Positions 61,436-64,000 of a DNA stretch of 64,000 nucleotides are shown here, one piece after another. Every line of letters starts with the position of its first letter. Position 1 is the stretch's first letter. A model generated the notes under the pieces. That model saw only the letters and a program-made list of their open reading frames with translations. It made no database searches and was not told the origin of the DNA. The stretch is from Lytechinus pictus (Eukaryota). The stretch lies in contig NC_087246.1 of the NCBI RefSeq assembly GCF_037042905.1, forward strand, positions 4,776,001-4,840,000. Reading direction: 5' to 3'. The translations under genes were made by a program, and so were the position numbers.

Positions 61436-64000
61436 GTATTGTGGATTTGGAAGGCGAAAAGATTCACATGCCTTACAGGTGTTAACATAATCCACTATAT
61501 CCTTATGCATATAAGGCCAGTAAAATGATGCATGAGCTCTCTGCAATGTACGTTGTGCAGCAAAATGTCCAGACGAAGGATGACCATGCAAATTATGTAG
61601 AACTCTCTGTAATAATGATTTTGGGATTACAGTTTGGTAAGTGTATATCTCTCTAGGATTGTCATAGGTCTTCCTACATAAGATGCCTTGCTTAATCACA
61701 AGACGAGGGAGCTGCCAAAGTAGTCGTCGCATACAAGCAGATTGTTGGCGACGTTCTTTCCAAGTAGGGTGATACCCATCTTTGACATACTCCATAACCT
61801 TAGAGATGTCTTCATCTAACCGTTGGTGTTGAAGTAGGTCGAGGTCAGAAATCAAATCACCATGTGGTCTCTTCTCGATGTCAGGAAGATTGTTTGCCTG
61901 AGTTTCATCACATTTAACTGATGTAGGTTGAATGTATGTAGTTCGAGTACCAGTAGTAGATGACGGTAATGAAAGAGGCTGGTGAACCGTCTGAGTACCA
62001 GTAGTCTTGGATGTAGAGGGAGGATGAATATTTAGATCAACCTTCTCCTTGGATGTTTTCCTCACCGCATCGCACTCAACAGATTCCTGTTTCGTACCGT
62101 TTCTTTGACCATCCAAGCGTCTTGACATAGCATCTGCATTCTGATGAGAACGACCACGTCTATGTTGTATGTCAAATGAGTAGGCATTCATCTCAACAAT
62201 CCAACGCGCTCTTCTTCCCGTTGCATCATCCTGAATGGGGGCTTTCCTATAACCCAAAAGAGGTTGGTGGTCTGTCACAATATCGAAGTGTTGACCTCGA
62301 AGATAGTGCCTAAAATGTCTAATAGCACATACCATCGCCCACAATTCACGGTCATACGTAGACCACTTCTGCTGGGCTCTTGTCAGCATCTGACTGAAGT
62401 AGGCTATGACTCTCTCCTTTCCTTGCTGTACTTGTGAGAGGACAGCCCCAACTGCATCAAGTGAAGCATCTGTAGATAGGGTGAAACCATGACTAAAATC
62501 AGGATATGCTAGAAGAGGGGGACTAGTCAAAGCAGTTTTTAAGTGACAGAAAGCAGCGTCACACTCTGCGGTCCAGATGAAGGGTGTGCCCTTGTGAGTA
62601 AGCCTAGTCATTGGAGCTGCAATCTGTGAAAATCCAGGTATAAAGCGTCTGTAGAAAGAGGCTAAACCCAAGAATGATCTAACATCAGTGGCAGTCTTTG
62701 GTTGTGGCCATCTAGTCACTTTCTCTGTATTACTAGGATCAGGGAGTACACCTTCTGAGCTGATTACATATCCAAGATATGTAACTTTCCTCTTGAAGAA
62801 GTGACATTTTGACGGTTTGAGTGTTAGTCCAGCATCACGAAAGCGATTAAACACTTCTTGTAGATTGTGTAGGTGATGATTAAAATCTCTTCCCACAACA
62901 ATGCAGTCATCAAGATATACAAGACATGTAGACCAATGTAAGCGGTGAAGAACAATCTCCATTAAACGTTGAAATGTCATGGGAGCGTTCACTAACCCAA
63001 ATGGCATCACGTTAAAATGGTAGAGTCCACTGCCCGTGGTAAATGCGGTCTTCTCTTTGTCAGCAGGGTGCATTTTGACTTGCCAGTATCCACTGGACAA
63101 ATCAATTACACTGAAGAAGGAAGACGCAGATAACGCATCTATGGAGTCATCCTGTCGAGGGATAGGATGTGAATCCCTAATGGTAATGGCATTCAAAGCA
63201 CGATAATCCACGCAAAATCTATAAGTATTATCCTTCTTGCGTACCATGACAATTGGACTAGCCCATGGGCTATGGCTTTCCTCAATGATATTGCGCTCGA
63301 GAAGATCATCAACTTGTCGTTGTATCTCTACTCTCATAGATGGCGATGTTCGATAGGCTCTTTGTCTGGTAGGCGTCTCTGTAGTTGTATGGATTCTGTG
63401 ATGGAGGAAGTCTGTTTCTCCAACATCTTCTGGACCAGAGCTGAAAATATCACTGTAAGACTCAAGCAACTCTAAAGCTTGGCGTCGTTCACTCTCTGTC
63501 AAATCAGATTCAGCATCAATAAAGTTGGTGTGACTTTTAACTGTATCACTGACGTTATGAAGAGAGGAAGAAGCTGGAGGAGTTTTACAAGTCCCTGGTT
63601 GTATTGCACTAACAACATTGTACTCCTCTTCCTGGTCGCCTATCAAAGAATGAAATTGGCCTAAGTGTGTATCTGACTGTAACTCTAAAGGCATCGAAGA
63701 AGGATTAACCAAGCGTACTAAGATTATCCCATTCTGAGCACTAGATAAAGATCTTGCTCCTGCTACTTCAAGCTTCTCATGAAGTGAGGGTTCAAATATC
63801 CCATCATAACCATGTGGAGTAAGATCAGCTTGCAATGATGTTAACTTCCCCTGTGCGTGTACCTCACTCAGAGGGGGTAGTGTCACTGTTCCTATCAAAG
63901 ATACATTACAATGTAGGGGAGCTTGATGTTGACGATAATCAGCAAGGGGTATCTGAAGTCCAGGCATACTGAAGGAGGAAGTTGCTACAGATACCGTTGC
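61436..64000 (-). CDS. Gypsy pol: linker, reverse transcriptase, RNase H, integrase zinc finger (interrupted)
   Basis: RFCVDYRALN, MPFGL, YLDD, TDAS, TDHQPL and H..H..CKAC motifs. The frame is open to the window edge. Confidence 0.95.

Larger units (their letters stand above)
55601..64000 (-). mobile_element. Ty3/Gypsy LTR retrotransposon, 3' part (5' end outside window)
   Basis: RT-RNaseH-integrase domain order, a 2.4-kb 3' untranslated region and a candidate 3' LTR. Confidence 0.92.

Overview
AT-rich, repeat-dense eukaryotic DNA, most consistent with an echinoderm (sea urchin-like) genome. Two spliced host genes lie on the minus strand. The first is the 5' end of PPTC7 (exons 1-2). The second is a hand-assembled 16-coding-exon gene (35612->14548, about 765 aa) encoding a signal peptide, four GDNF/GAS1 (GFRalpha-type) Cys-rich domains, a RECK-like Cys-rich (VWC/FnI-like) module, a RECK-like C-terminal domain and a GPI-type tail. 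This apparent GFRalpha-RECK chimera is the most interesting feature. The rest is mobile DNA: the 3' part of a Gypsy LTR retrotransposon (RT-RNaseH-IN plus a probable 3' LTR) whose integrase is split by a 1.3-kb TIR element; a 4-kb TU-like foldback element with 15-bp-repeat arms and an 8-bp TSD; a second foldback element nested with MITEs in PPTC7 intron 1; a 2.1-kb hAT-like element with periodic GCGAAGC hairpin motifs; and many MITEs, tRNA-derived SINEs, a CR1-like fragment and microsatellites. All calls come from manual reading and remembered family features; no searches were run.
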